From contig JAXGMI010000002.1 of NCBI GenBank assembly GCA_040768745.1, positions 480,001-544,000 of the forward strand: a stretch of DNA of 64,000 bases, in the 5' to 3' direction. Source of the stretch: Desulfomicrobium sp. Lineage in GTDB: Bacteria; Desulfobacterota; Desulfovibrionia; Desulfovibrionales; Desulfomicrobiaceae. Numbering within the stretch: the first letter of the stretch is position 1; every line of letters starts with the position of its first letter. Positions 1 to 10,217 of the stretch are shown piece by piece. Under the pieces are notes generated by a model. That model saw only the letters and a list, made by a program, of their open reading frames with translations, had not been told where the DNA came from and did no database searches. The translations under genes and the position numbers were made by a program.

Positions 1-366
1 GATGTTGAAACGCGCCAGCCTCAGCGCGCCACAGGCCATGACCAGGAAGGAAGCCATGATGCCCAGACGGCCGAACTCGTGGGTGCACCATTGGTGGATC
101 ATGACGGCCGGGCCCACGCCGAAGGCCACAAGATCGACCAGGGAATCCAGCTGCACGCCGAAATCCGAGGCGGAGTTGGTCATGCGGGCCAGCTTGCCGT
201 CCAGCCCGTCGAAAACACAGCTGACGATGATGGCCACGGCCGCCATCTCAAAGCGGCCGTCGATGGACCACAAGATTCCAAGAAACCCGGTCAGCAGACT
301 GGCCATGGTCATCATGTTGGGAAGCAGGTAGTATCCCCGATGCTTGGGCTTTGGGTGATCCATCAT
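1..366 (-). CDS. pssA: CDP-diacylglycerol--serine O-phosphatidyltransferase (3' end truncated by window edge)
   Basis: Not in the ORF track. Manual translation from 366 gives MMDHPKPKHRGYYLLPNMMTMASLL...FDGLDGKLARMTNSASDFGVQLDSLVD, the CDP-alcohol phosphotransferase motif; directly downstream of psd. Confidence 0.93.
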   Translation of the reverse strand, partial: MMDHPKPKHRGYYLLPNMMTMASLLTGFLGILWSIDGRFEMAAVAIIVSCVFDGLDGKLARMTNSASDFGVQLDSLVDLVAFGVGPAVMIHQWCTHEFGRLGIMASFLVMACGALRLARFNI

Positions 367-385
367 AGTATGAAAATGCGTGGTT

Positions 386-1030
386 CTACTTTTTTTTGCG
401 GGCCAGAACACTCTGGCCGGCGAAGACCTTTTGGCCGACACAAACAACTGTTTCATAGTCACTCGGCAGGTAAAGGTCAACTCTGGATCCGAACTTGATC
501 AGTCCGAAACGCTGACCCCGGGCCAGGCTGTCGCCCTCCTCGGCCCAGCAGATGATGCGCCGCGCGATGAGCCCGGCGATCTGGACTACGGTCCAGCCAC
601 ACCCGTCGGCATCCTCGATCAGCACGGCGTTGCGCTCGTTGTCCTCCGATGCCTTGTCCAGGGAGGCGTTCAGGAATTTGCCGCCGAAGTAGGCGATGCG
701 GCCGATGCGGCCGGCCACGGGCGAGCGGTTCACATGCACATTGAACACGTTCATGAACACACACACGGCCGTGCGGTTCTCGCCCGTCAGGGGGTCGCGC
801 ATGATCTCGACCTTTATGACCTTGCCGTCGGCCGGGGATACGGCCACTGCCGGCTCCTGGGGCACCACGCGCTCGGGATCGCGGAAAAAATGGAGCACGA
901 AGAACAGAATCACGAGCAGGGAGACAGCCATGACCCAGCACCCGATGAGCGCAAAGGTCAGGGTGGCGACCGTGGTCAGAAAGACGAACGGGATACCCTC
1001 AAGAGAAAGGCCTATGGACGGCTTGTGCAT
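386..1030 (-). CDS. psd: Phosphatidylserine decarboxylase proenzyme
   Basis: FFRDPER, SPADGKV, FMNVFNVHVNRSP and the autocleavage motif IKFGSRVD. Confidence 0.95.
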   Translation of the reverse strand: MHKPSIGLSLEGIPFVFLTTVATLTFALIGCWVMAVSLLVILFFVLHFFRDPERVVPQEPAVAVSPADGKVIKVEIMRDPLTGENRTAVCVFMNVFNVHVNRSPVAGRIGRIAYFGGKFLNASLDKASEDNERNAVLIEDADGCGWTVVQIAGLIARRIICWAEEGDSLARGQRFGLIKFGSRVDLYLPSDYETVVCVGQKVFAGQSVLARKKK

Positions 1031-1090
1031 GGAATCTCCTTGTCAGAACGTGAGTCCCTGCCTACCCGCGGCCCGGAAGGGATTCAAGCC

Positions 1091-2365
1091 TTATTTTTCA
1101 GGCCTTTTAGGGGTGTACTGTTTTTTCCACTCGTCGAGAAAGAGGATGGCTGTTTCCAGACGGCCGAGCCTGCCACCCTGGCCACGCACCGCACAGACCA
1201 CATCCTGGAAGGACGCGGATGGGTTCAGGCCGAGCTTGGCCAGGAGCCTGTCCAAATCCTCCCGCAGGTCGGACGGGATCTCCTCCAGCCAGGAGGGATC
1301 GCCTGTTTTGGGGGGCATCAGGGATTGAAGGTGCGCCATCAACGTGTCCATGCGGTGCACATAGGTGTGCTCCGCCAGAACCCGGGCGCGTCCCCTGGCC
1401 GCGATCTCTGCCCTGGCCTCGGGATTGGCCCGGTAATGCTCCACGGCCTGGAGCAGACCGGACATGCTGTCGAAAACGGCCAATTCGTCGGCGGTGAAAA
1501 GCTCCGGCAACAGGGTCCGCCTGTCAACCAGCTGAAAGGCCCCGCAGGCCGCCAATTCGAATGTGCGCGGATTGACAAAGTCCCCCCCTGCGATGAGGGT
1601 GCCGGGCCGGACCGAAGAGTGCAGATTGATGTTGATGGTCGAAGCGTTGAATATGCGTACGATCTCGTCGGTGTCGATGCGCTGTCCGTTGCGCTGCAGA
1701 AAGGGAGTCAGAAGATATTCTCCGTCCCAATCGTTTCCCCAGATGCGCAGGTCGTAGTTGATCAGTTGACGGAAGGCCAGTCGCCGGTTGGGATAGCCGG
1801 CCCCAACAAACGACAGCTCGCTGCCGTATTTGCGGCGTTCAAGAGGGGAAAGGCTGAGGGGATGGTGCACGGAGGGGTCGGCTGCCAGGGGAAGATAGAA
1901 TGCATTGGGCTGACCGACCTCGGACAGGCAGGCCGGAAAATTCCCCTTCTGGATCACGGCAAACGTGTCATACAACGGGGCAAAGGCTTTCCAATACGGA
2001 AACACCTCATGATCCTCCACAAACCACATGGCCGTGGGCACCTTGTCCCGCTGCAGACGCTTCAGGGCCTGTCTGGACAGCGGGGCCTGGGCCATCGCCA
2101 GAACCAGGTCCGGGGCGAAGGCCTCGACCTTGGCCAGCACGGCCTGGGACACGACCTGCAGGAGGCTGTTCTCCAGGTAGTCCAGGCGATCCGTGCCCAC
2201 GCGCAGCGTCTTCAGGGCCGAAAAGGCGCTGTGGAAACCCGGGGCCTCAAAGTATTCCACCACATGCCCCAGTATGCGCAGGGCTTGACCGCAATAGCGT
2301 CCAATGGGCAGGGATCCCCCATACATGGGCAGAACAATGAGAATCCTTCGCATGGGCTCATTCAT
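1091..2365 (-). CDS. CgeB-family glycosyltransferase
   Basis: LPLAADP, SFVGAGYPNR and NPRTFELAACG motifs; start placed at MNEPMRRIL, overlapping the upstream GT9 stop. Confidence 0.8.
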   Translation of the reverse strand: MNEPMRRILIVLPMYGGSLPIGRYCGQALRILGHVVEYFEAPGFHSAFSALKTLRVGTDRLDYLENSLLQVVSQAVLAKVEAFAPDLVLAMAQAPLSRQALKRLQRDKVPTAMWFVEDHEVFPYWKAFAPLYDTFAVIQKGNFPACLSEVGQPNAFYLPLAADPSVHHPLSLSPLERRKYGSELSFVGAGYPNRRLAFRQLINYDLRIWGNDWDGEYLLTPFLQRNGQRIDTDEIVRIFNASTININLHSSVRPGTLIAGGDFVNPRTFELAACGAFQLVDRRTLLPELFTADELAVFDSMSGLLQAVEHYRANPEARAEIAARGRARVLAEHTYVHRMDTLMAHLQSLMPPKTGDPSWLEEIPSDLREDLDRLLAKLGLNPSASFQDVVCAVRGQGGRLGRLETAILFLDEWKKQYTPKRPEK

Positions 2366-3620
2366 TGGCACGACCTCGCAGGGTTTGGGGCAGCATCCAG
2401 TCGCGCTCCTGGATCCAGGATTCATCCAACGGCACGGAGCAGGGAGCCGGACCCGGAATCCCGGCAATCCTGGCCACCGCGGCCCGAAAGCTTTGCCTTT
2501 CCTCCATGAAGGGGTCGATTCCCGCATCGGGGCGAAAACAGACGCCCAGGGAATCCACGGTGCTGGCCATGGCCGCGACGTGCGGCGGGAATTGCGCGAC
2601 ATCCTGCCCGCTGACATAGCGAAGCAGCCCCGGTTCGGAAAACACGTTCCGGCAAAGAACCCCGTTGGGGCAAGACCCGGTCTCCAGACACGGAGCGCAC
2701 GTGGCCATGGCCTGCAGCACAAGGTGGCCTGTCCCATACGGTCCCGTCTCGTGACACCAGGCCGAGGACAGAAAGAACGCCATCACCGGTACGCCGAGAT
2801 GGGCGGCCAGGTGCATGGTGCCCGTATCAGGGGACAGGAGCAGCCCGAGCCCGCCTACGACTTCAAACAAGTCCGCCCAACTGGTTTTCCCGACCAGGTC
2901 CCGCACCGCGCCTCGCAGGGAGCCTGGCAGGGCGGCTCTCAGCTCCGCGGCGGCCCGGCGCTCCGCGCCGGCGCCCAGGAACAGGATCGGTCCGTGTCCG
3001 ATCCGTTTGGAGGCGGCATGGACCAGCGGGGCGAGAAGGCGGGGGGGCAGGGAGCGACGGGCGTTCTGGCCAGCCATGACCACCCCGAGCCCGATACCTC
3101 CGGCCGAGGCCGCGGGATTGACGCGTTCCGGCTCCACGGGCTGATCCGCGTACAACCCCCACACGTCCACCAGGTTGAGGCCCCGTGTGGTGCGAACTTT
3201 GGTCCAGCGCATGACCTGCGCCGGCCAGGCGTCCACCACGCGTTGTCCGTGGGCCAGGCGATATCCGCGCACTTGGTCGACCGGAAACAGACTTGCCAGG
3301 GCGAAATTGAGTCCCGAATAATTCAGGTTGTAGATCCGGTGGAACTGATGGGCTTGCAGCTCCTGCAAATCGTCGTGCACCAGCCCGAGAATGGCTGGAC
3401 CGTGTGTGCCATGGGCGGAAATTCCATGCACCCTGACCCCCGGAAAAGCCAGTCGGGCCAGGGCCGTCAGGGATCTGTCCACCAGCAGGTGCACCTCGCC
3501 ACAGGCCATGAGGGACACAAGCAGGCGTTTGGTCTGGATCAGATCCCCAAAGCGGGCCAACTGGATGACAAGATACCTGGCCCGAGGGCCGGGCAAAGTG
3601 CCGGCAGCTTCGCGTTGCAT
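2358..3620 (-). CDS. Glycosyltransferase family 9 (heptosyltransferase-like)
   Basis: QLARFGDLIQ N-terminal motif, DLVGKTS and SPDTGTMHLAAHLG. Confidence 0.85.
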   Translation of the reverse strand: MQREAAGTLPGPRARYLVIQLARFGDLIQTKRLLVSLMACGEVHLLVDRSLTALARLAFPGVRVHGISAHGTHGPAILGLVHDDLQELQAHQFHRIYNLNYSGLNFALASLFPVDQVRGYRLAHGQRVVDAWPAQVMRWTKVRTTRGLNLVDVWGLYADQPVEPERVNPAASAGGIGLGVVMAGQNARRSLPPRLLAPLVHAASKRIGHGPILFLGAGAERRAAAELRAALPGSLRGAVRDLVGKTSWADLFEVVGGLGLLLSPDTGTMHLAAHLGVPVMAFFLSSAWCHETGPYGTGHLVLQAMATCAPCLETGSCPNGVLCRNVFSEPGLLRYVSGQDVAQFPPHVAAMASTVDSLGVCFRPDAGIDPFMEERQSFRAAVARIAGIPGPAPCSVPLDESWIQERDWMLPQTLRGRANE

Positions 3621-3734
3621 GCCCCCTCATCGGAAAAAAAACGAAAAAAGTCCAGAACACCCCGGATTTTAACGCCCTCACCTGCTCGGAGTGACAGCTT
3701 GGACAAGTGCTGCAGGCTCTGATAGACGGCGGCA

Positions 3735-4424
3735 ATGCGCTATTATCCCCTGCTTGCGGACCTGACCACACTTCGCTGCCTCGTCGTGGGCATGGGAGAG
3801 GTGGGCATGCGGAAGATCGAAGGGCTTCTGGCATGCGCCCCGGCCCAGGTCGTCGGCCTGGACCCGGCGCCTCCCGGTCCGCAACTGTCAGCACTTCTTG
3901 CCAGACATTCCGTCTTCACGTATGCACAGCGCCCATTTGATGAATCAGATCTGGATGGGATGCACCTCGTTTTTGCCTGCACTGCGGCCCGCGAGGTCAA
4001 CGCACGGATCGGCCAGGCCTGCGGACAGAGGAACATTCTCTGTAACATCGCCGACGACCCGGAACAGGGAACCTTTGTGCTCCCCGCGAGCATCACCAGA
4101 GGAGACCTGACCATCACCGTGTCCACCAGCGGGGCGAGTCCGGCCCTGTCCCGCATCATCCGCCAGGATCTGGAGCAGCGGTACGGACCTGAATACGCAG
4201 GATTGACCCGTTTCCTGGCCCTGCTCCGCCCGGCATTGCTCGGCCTGGGCCATGGCTGTTCCGAGAACCGTGACATATTCCGTGCCGTGGTGATGTCGTC
4301 CCTGCCGGAGCTGATCAAATCAAAAAACCGGGACGCATGCCTCGAGCTTTTGCATCGATTGCTCCCCACGACCCTGCATTCCCGAATTGGAGAATGGTGC
4401 GATGACTGCTTCCAGACTTTTTGA
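3735..4424 (+). CDS. sirC: Precorrin-2 dehydrogenase / siroheme synthase N-terminal domain (SirC/Met8-like)
   Basis: LVVGMGEVGMRK Rossmann motif, NIADDP and VSTSGASPAL. Confidence 0.88.
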   Translation: MRYYPLLADLTTLRCLVVGMGEVGMRKIEGLLACAPAQVVGLDPAPPGPQLSALLARHSVFTYAQRPFDESDLDGMHLVFACTAAREVNARIGQACGQRNILCNIADDPEQGTFVLPASITRGDLTITVSTSGASPALSRIIRQDLEQRYGPEYAGLTRFLALLRPALLGLGHGCSENRDIFRAVVMSSLPELIKSKNRDACLELLHRLLPTTLHSRIGEWCDDCFQTF

Positions 4425-5229
4425 ACTGTTCATTGCCTTGCTCTACCTGGGCGGGTCCCTCATCTATCCATTGGGCCTGGCTTGGCGGCAAAACCTCCTG
4501 AAGCGCGCCGCGACCTGGGCCTCCATGGCGGCCTTTGTCCTGCACACCGTGGATCTGGTCATGCGCCTGACCGTCACCGGAACCAATCCGCTGCAGCAGG
4601 GCCAGTTCTACATGAGTCTGCTGGGCTGGATTTTTGTGCTCATTTTTTTTGTGCTGTGGTGGAAACTCAAGCACGACTTCCTGTCCATGATCACATCCCC
4701 CCTGGCGCTCATTCTGTTTTCCTCGTCCCTGGCCATCAGCACCCAGGAACTGATCATCCCGGATCGTCTGAGCGCCCTGTGGTTCAGTCTGCATGTCGGC
4801 ACCATCTTCATTTCCCTGGCCCTGATTGCCATGGCCTTCGGCGCCGGGCTGACCTACCTGTACCTGGAGCGCAAGATCAAGACCAAGGAAAAGCTGCCGG
4901 GATTCTCCAAGGACCTGCCCTCCCTGGAAACCTTTGACAAAGCCAACCACTGGGCCGTCTGTATCGGCTTTCCCCTCTACACCATCAGCCTGCTGTCCGG
5001 CTTCGTGTGGGCCTCATTCACCTGGAAGCGCATTGTCAGCTGGGACCCCAAGGAGCTCATTAGTGTTGTCATCTGGGTCATTTTCGCCGCACTCTTTTAT
5101 CAGCGCATGGTCCAGGGCTGGCGAGGACGCAAGCCGGCCAAAACAGCGGTCATCCTTTTCGTGCTCTGTCTGATCTCGCTGGTAGGCGTTAATTTTCTGC
5201 TGCCGACGCATCACAGTTTTCGGCCGTAA
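4402..5229 (+). CDS. ccsA: Cytochrome c assembly protein (CcsA/HemX-like)
   Basis: Multi-pass membrane protein with LHV, GFPLYT..SGFVWA and SWDPKE (WWD-type) motifs; lies in the hemA operon. Confidence 0.82.
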   Translation: MTASRLFELFIALLYLGGSLIYPLGLAWRQNLLKRAATWASMAAFVLHTVDLVMRLTVTGTNPLQQGQFYMSLLGWIFVLIFFVLWWKLKHDFLSMITSPLALILFSSSLAISTQELIIPDRLSALWFSLHVGTIFISLALIAMAFGAGLTYLYLERKIKTKEKLPGFSKDLPSLETFDKANHWAVCIGFPLYTISLLSGFVWASFTWKRIVSWDPKELISVVIWVIFAALFYQRMVQGWRGRKPAKTAVILFVLCLISLVGVNFLLPTHHSFRP

Positions 5230-5258
5230 TTTCCAAAAGAAAACAAATATCACTGCTC

Positions 5259-6584
5259 ATGAATCAGGAAATCTATCTTGTTGGTTTGAATCATAAAACT
5301 GCTGGCGTGGATATCCGCGAGCGTTTTGCCCTGGCCGGCTGCGATCCTGTCGCCGCGGGTCTGGTCCATGACACGGGCCCCGTCACCGAGGCCATGATCC
5401 TGTCCACCTGCAACAGGGTTGAATTTCTGGTTGTCGGTGACAACTCCCTTGACATCCCGGCCCTCATCTTGCGCTTCTGGGCCGACCAGTGCCGGCAGCC
5501 CCGGGCCGATCTGGATGGGCACACCTACTGCCACGCGGGGGGCGACGCGGTGGAGCACCTTTTCACCGTGGCCTCCAGTCTGGATTCCATGATTCTGGGT
5601 GAACCGCAGATCCTGGGGCAGCTCAAGGGGGCCTATCGCAACGCCGTGGAAAAAGGCGCGGCCAAGGTCATCGTCAACCGCATGTTGCACAAGGCGTTCT
5701 CCGTGGCCAAAAGGGTGCGCACAGAGACCGCCATCGCATCCAGCGCGGTATCCATCAGCTATGCCGCCGTGGAGCTGGCCAGGAAAATCTTCACCGACCT
5801 TTCCAATCACCGCGCCCTGCTCATCGGCGCTGGAGAAATGGCCGAGCTGGCCGCGACCCACCTCCTTTCGGCGGGCGTACGGGATATCACCGTGGTCAAC
5901 CGCACCCTGTCCAAAGGCGAGGAACTGGCCAGGCAGTTCAAGGGGCGGGCCATGCCCTTCGAAGACCTGCCCCAGGCCCTGCTGGAAACGGACATCGTCA
6001 TCAGCTCCACAGGGTCCCCCACGGCCATCATCAGGGCCAGGGACATGAAGGATGTCATGCGCAAACGGCGCAACAAACCGATTTTCTTCATCGACATCGC
6101 TGTCCCCAGGGACATCGACCCGGATGTGAACGGATTGGACAACGTCTATCTGTACGACATTGACGACCTGAAGGAGGTTGTGGAGGAAAATCTGGCTGGT
6201 CGTCAGAATGAGGCCCTCAAGGCCAAGGGCATCGTGGCCGAAGAGGTGGCCACTTTCCTGCGCTGGCGGGACAGCCTCACCCTGCAGCCGACCATCGTGG
6301 CCCTCCTGGACCAGGGAGAACGTATCGCGCGCAAGGAACTGCGCAGGTCCATCAAGCAGCTCGGCCCCAACCCCGACCCGCAGATGGTGGCCATCCTGGA
6401 GCGTCTGGCCCAGTCCCTGTGCCACAAAATCTACCACGAACCCATCAGCTACCTGAAACGGCGCTCGCAGGAAGAGGGGTCGGCCCAGCGTTTCATCCAT
6501 AACGCCCGCCGCATCTTCAACCTGGACGAGGAAACCGTCTCCGACGATGCGCATCTCGACCGCAAAGCCCCTCTCAGCAAGTAA
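5259..6584 (+). CDS. hemA: Glutamyl-tRNA reductase
   Basis: GLNHKTA, LSTCNRVE, GEPQILGQ, IGAGEMAE and DIAVPRDI. Confidence 0.98.
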   Translation: MNQEIYLVGLNHKTAGVDIRERFALAGCDPVAAGLVHDTGPVTEAMILSTCNRVEFLVVGDNSLDIPALILRFWADQCRQPRADLDGHTYCHAGGDAVEHLFTVASSLDSMILGEPQILGQLKGAYRNAVEKGAAKVIVNRMLHKAFSVAKRVRTETAIASSAVSISYAAVELARKIFTDLSNHRALLIGAGEMAELAATHLLSAGVRDITVVNRTLSKGEELARQFKGRAMPFEDLPQALLETDIVISSTGSPTAIIRARDMKDVMRKRRNKPIFFIDIAVPRDIDPDVNGLDNVYLYDIDDLKEVVEENLAGRQNEALKAKGIVAEEVATFLRWRDSLTLQPTIVALLDQGERIARKELRRSIKQLGPNPDPQMVAILERLAQSLCHKIYHEPISYLKRRSQEEGSAQRFIHNARRIFNLDEETVSDDAHLDRKAPLSK

Positions 6585-6595
6585 GGATCAGCCCC

Positions 6596-6931
6596 ATGCG
6601 CTCCTTCATGATCGATGAAATCACCCCGGACGATATGGAAAAACTGGAGAACTGGCTCAAGGAGCAGGAATTGGGCAGCAGCATCGACCATCTCTACCAT
6701 TTCAACATCCCGGTCAGGCTTCTTTCGCCCCTGCAGCAGGAGCATGCCGAGACATGCGGGCCGTTCTACATGGCCGTGGAGACAGGGCGTGACTGGGTCA
6801 GACTGGAACTTCTGGTCAGGGCAAAGAAGATCCTGCGCTGCGCGTGCATTGCCTACGCCACCGGCGAGCAGCAACAGCATATGGTCGGGTATCTGGAAAA
6901 CCTGTTAACGGACCTGCGCATCCCCCTTTAG
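6596..6931 (+). CDS. Hypothetical protein
   Basis: Operonic ORF between hemA and tilS with an AAGGA ribosome-binding site and protein-like composition. Confidence 0.7.
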   Translation: MRSFMIDEITPDDMEKLENWLKEQELGSSIDHLYHFNIPVRLLSPLQQEHAETCGPFYMAVETGRDWVRLELLVRAKKILRCACIAYATGEQQQHMVGYLENLLTDLRIPL

Positions 6932-6934
6932 GCC

Positions 6935-7945
6935 ATGAGGCTGCAGGATCTCTCCCGGGACTGGGCCAGACGATGTCTGGACATTCCACGCTTCTGCCTG
7001 GAAACCCTCGGCATTGACCTGCACCGAGCCAGGCTCGTGCTGGCCTACTCCGCGGGAGTGGACTCCACCGCCCTGCTGCACATTCTGTCCTGCCTGCGCG
7101 CCCCCCTCAAGCTGACCCTGACCGCTGCCCATGTCCACCACGGGTTGCGCCCAGACTCGGATCACGAGCAGAGCCATGCCGTGAAAACATGCGCCGCCCT
7201 TGACATCCCCTGCGCAACGACCCGCCTGACCATACCCGCCCATGGCCCGGGAATCGAAGCCAGGGCCAGACTCCAGCGCTACGCCTTCCTGGAAGAGGTG
7301 CGCCTCCGGTATGACGCCGCATGGATCGTCACGGCCCATCATGGCGAGGACCTGGCCGAGGACATCCTGCTGCGGTTGGTCCGCGGCACAGGATGGCCTG
7401 GATTGGGGGGAATGCAGGGGGTCGACCATACTCGCAGACTGCTGCGCCCTGTGTTGAACTGGGCAAAAAGGGACCTGCAAACCTTTCTGTCCGAGCATGG
7501 CATCACGTGGTGCGAGGACAGATCCAACCTGTCCGACCGACACACACGGAACAGATTCCGGCACACAATTCTGCCCCTTCTGCAGCGCGAGAACCCCCAA
7601 CTGACCAAAACCCTGCTTCACCTGTGGCGGTTGGCCCGCGTGGATGAGGACTACTGGGAACGTGTCTTGCCCCCAGTTCTCCCCGGGCAGGACGAGTATG
7701 TGCTAGACGCCGCATCCATCCCACCCCATCCGGCCCAGCGCCTGCGCGTCTTCAAAAAGATCCTTGACGCCATGGGCCCTGGCCAGGCCTTGGCCAGCCA
7801 TCTTTTCCTGCTGGACAAGGCCTGGACAGACCACAGCATCGGATGCACGGTCCAGTTTCCTGGGGATAAAATCGGATGTATCGCGGTTTCAGGCATTCGT
7901 TTCTCCCGACAGCAGCGTCGTCCTCTGCCTGCAACAAATATTTGA
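6935..7945 (+). CDS. tilS: tRNA(Ile)-lysidine synthetase
   Basis: AYSAGVDS PP-loop, HVHHGLR, EARARLQRY, TAHHGEDLAE and DRSN..RNRFRH. Confidence 0.93.
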   Translation: MRLQDLSRDWARRCLDIPRFCLETLGIDLHRARLVLAYSAGVDSTALLHILSCLRAPLKLTLTAAHVHHGLRPDSDHEQSHAVKTCAALDIPCATTRLTIPAHGPGIEARARLQRYAFLEEVRLRYDAAWIVTAHHGEDLAEDILLRLVRGTGWPGLGGMQGVDHTRRLLRPVLNWAKRDLQTFLSEHGITWCEDRSNLSDRHTRNRFRHTILPLLQRENPQLTKTLLHLWRLARVDEDYWERVLPPVLPGQDEYVLDAASIPPHPAQRLRVFKKILDAMGPGQALASHLFLLDKAWTDHSIGCTVQFPGDKIGCIAVSGIRFSRQQRRPLPATNI

Positions 7946-8017
7946 CCATGCCTGGGAATGATTTCGGATTGCATATCTTTAGCGGAGCCCATCCATACCC
8001 TTCGACGAGCACAGACG

Positions 8018-9973
8018 ATGGCACATGCACCAAAACACAAATTCCAGATGACGCTCATAGCACCCGAAAAAGGGATGAGCGAAATCTTCAGCAAAATAGC
8101 CAAGAAGATGCGTGTGAACCTCCAGGTGGTCAAAGGCGGAGAATTGAATGCCATCGAGACAGTGCAAAACCTTTCTCCGGACAGCTGCGACGTAATTCTG
8201 GCCCGTCGCATTGTTGCCAGACACCTCCACCAGCATACAGCCATTCCAGTGATCAGCGTGGAACTGAGCACCCTGGACCTGCTGCGCATTTTGCAACCCT
8301 ATGTGGGCCATGTTCGCAAAATAACCCTCTTCCGTACCGATTCGCCTCTCTCAGGAGTGAACTATGTCGCCCACGCGCTCCGCATGGAGATTCACCAATG
8401 CATATACACCACCCTTGAAGAACTGAAACACAAAATCAGAACTCTTGAACGGGACACAGACTTGGTGATTGGCGGCATCCTGGCATATGATCTTGCCGTT
8501 CCGCTGGGTTTTGCGGCCATCAATATCGTGGACGAGGAGGAAATCGCGTGCAGGGCCATAAACGATGCCATTGAAGTGGCGCGATTTCAACGCAAAGAGC
8601 GGCAATGGAATCTCCGTCTCGAAACCCTGATGAACACCATCAGCGAAGGCGTCATTGTCTTGGACGAGTACGGCACGGTTCGCTGCAGCAATCCTGCTGC
8701 CGAGCGTCTGCTCAACTGCAGCCATGCGTCAATTCAGAAAAAGCACATCCTGGACGTCATGCCTGGCTTGTTCACCGAGAAGGAACTTGTGACGCACACA
8801 GCCTTGCACGCTCGGGTGCACGATATGAAGGGTAAAACACTCGTCGTCAACCGCGTGCCCATCATCTTTCAGAAAAAAGTCATGGGTACCGTTTGCACCT
8901 TCTCCGATGCGCGCCATATCCAGCAGGCTGCAGACAACCTGCGGAAAAAGGTCAAGTCCCGCGGGTTCACCACACGATATACCTTTGACGACATCAAGAC
9001 CCGCTCTCCCCGCATGCAAGGCATAAAGGAACTGGGCAAACTTTACGCATCCACAGAAGCAAGCCTGATCCTGTGCGGAGAGTCCGGAACGGGCAAGGAG
9101 GTTTTTGCCCAAAGCATCCACGCCGCAAGTCCACGCAAAGCTGGGCCGTTCGTGGCTGTGAACTGCGCTGCCATCCCCGAAGGCCTTCTTGAAAGCGAGT
9201 TGTTCGGTTACGAAGAAGGAGCCTTCACTGGAGCCCGACGTCAGGGGAAAGCTGGGTTGTTTGAAATTGCTCACACCGGGACCTTGCTCCTTGACGAAGT
9301 GAGTGATTTGCCGCTGTCCCTGCAGGGTCGCTTGCTGCGGGTTCTCCAGGAGAAGGAATTGATACGGGTCGGAGGAACGCAGATCATCCCTCTGGATGTA
9401 CGCGTCATCTGCGCCACATCCCGGGATCTTTCTCTGCAAGTCGAGAAAGGCGAATTCAGGGCTGACCTGTTTTACCGCGTCAACATACTTTCTTTGACCC
9501 TTCCTCCTCTCCGCGAACGTCCAGAAGACATAATGACTATCGCCACCCCCTTTCTGCTCGAACGTCTGCACCGTCCACCGGCAGCAAACACGCTTGATGA
9601 ACAACTTGGGCCATATCTGCTGGGTCACTCCTGGCCTGGAAACATCCGTGAACTGCGAAGCATAATGGAGAGATTGGTGATAGTGGCAAACTGTTCGGAG
9701 AACATTTCCCACTGGGGGACTCTGCTTTCCTCGGTATGGACGCCGTCTCCCTCTGTCAGCGAACCAGCGGAAAGCAACCACGAGCCCAGCCTCCCTCACC
9801 TGACAGGAAAACAACCTCTGCACTGCTCAGCAGCTCTCAAAGACCAGCTCCGGACCGCTGAACGGAACATCATCGAATCCACCCTGAACTTCTATGGCCA
9901 GGACATCGGCAAGGCCACAAAAGCTCTGAGAATCAGCCGCATGACACTTTGGCGCAAACTGACCCGCCAGTAG
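8018..9973 (+). CDS. Sigma-54-dependent enhancer-binding protein, PrpR-like (PrpR_N, PAS, AAA+, Fis HTH)
   Basis: GESGTGKE, NCAAIPEGLLESELFG, GAFTGA, LLDEV, WPGNIREL and a C-terminal ISRMTLWRK helix-turn-helix; start uncertain (7958 or 8018). Confidence 0.92.
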   Translation: MAHAPKHKFQMTLIAPEKGMSEIFSKIAKKMRVNLQVVKGGELNAIETVQNLSPDSCDVILARRIVARHLHQHTAIPVISVELSTLDLLRILQPYVGHVRKITLFRTDSPLSGVNYVAHALRMEIHQCIYTTLEELKHKIRTLERDTDLVIGGILAYDLAVPLGFAAINIVDEEEIACRAINDAIEVARFQRKERQWNLRLETLMNTISEGVIVLDEYGTVRCSNPAAERLLNCSHASIQKKHILDVMPGLFTEKELVTHTALHARVHDMKGKTLVVNRVPIIFQKKVMGTVCTFSDARHIQQAADNLRKKVKSRGFTTRYTFDDIKTRSPRMQGIKELGKLYASTEASLILCGESGTGKEVFAQSIHAASPRKAGPFVAVNCAAIPEGLLESELFGYEEGAFTGARRQGKAGLFEIAHTGTLLLDEVSDLPLSLQGRLLRVLQEKELIRVGGTQIIPLDVRVICATSRDLSLQVEKGEFRADLFYRVNILSLTLPPLRERPEDIMTIATPFLLERLHRPPAANTLDEQLGPYLLGHSWPGNIRELRSIMERLVIVANCSENISHWGTLLSSVWTPSPSVSEPAESNHEPSLPHLTGKQPLHCSAALKDQLRTAERNIIESTLNFYGQDIGKATKALRISRMTLWRKLTRQ

Positions 9974-9986
9974 TCATTGACTCCAA

Positions 9987-10036
9987 AATTTTTGTATCAT
10001 TTTTGATATTCTTATAACAAAATTGATACAAAAATT
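9987..10036. promoter_or_regulatory. Tandem dyad sites TGTATCA-N4-TGATACA (putative enhancer for the sigma-54 activator)
   Basis: TGTATCAttttTGATATT (9993-10010) and TATAACAaaatTGATACA (10013-10030) together form an inverted repeat with 19-bp arms and one mismatch. Confidence 0.6.
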
Positions 10037-10110
10037 CAATTACGCCATTCCCTAGATCTTGCATCCTGTCACTTTGCCTTGAAACCATACGGTTTTTTTT
10101 CTGTCCGTTA

Positions 10111-10126
10111 TGGCCCATTTCTTGAT
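10111..10126 (+). promoter_or_regulatory. Putative sigma-54 (-24/-12) promoter of the tct operon
   Basis: TGGCCCATTTCTTGAT versus consensus TGGCACGN4TTGCW (GA instead of GC at -12); about 80 bp downstream of the dyad sites. Confidence 0.45.
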
Positions 10127-10217
10127 CAAAAGATATTCAGTTCGCTTTTGGGTTTGCCCTAACGGACCCTGGCTAGGACATGAGTACCTAAGGAACCTCT
10201 AACAAGGATGGAAATCC

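Noticed and set aside
380..3722. Long plus-strand ORFs of 709 aa and 472 aa
   Set aside because: Antisense shadows of psd and the two glycosyltransferases
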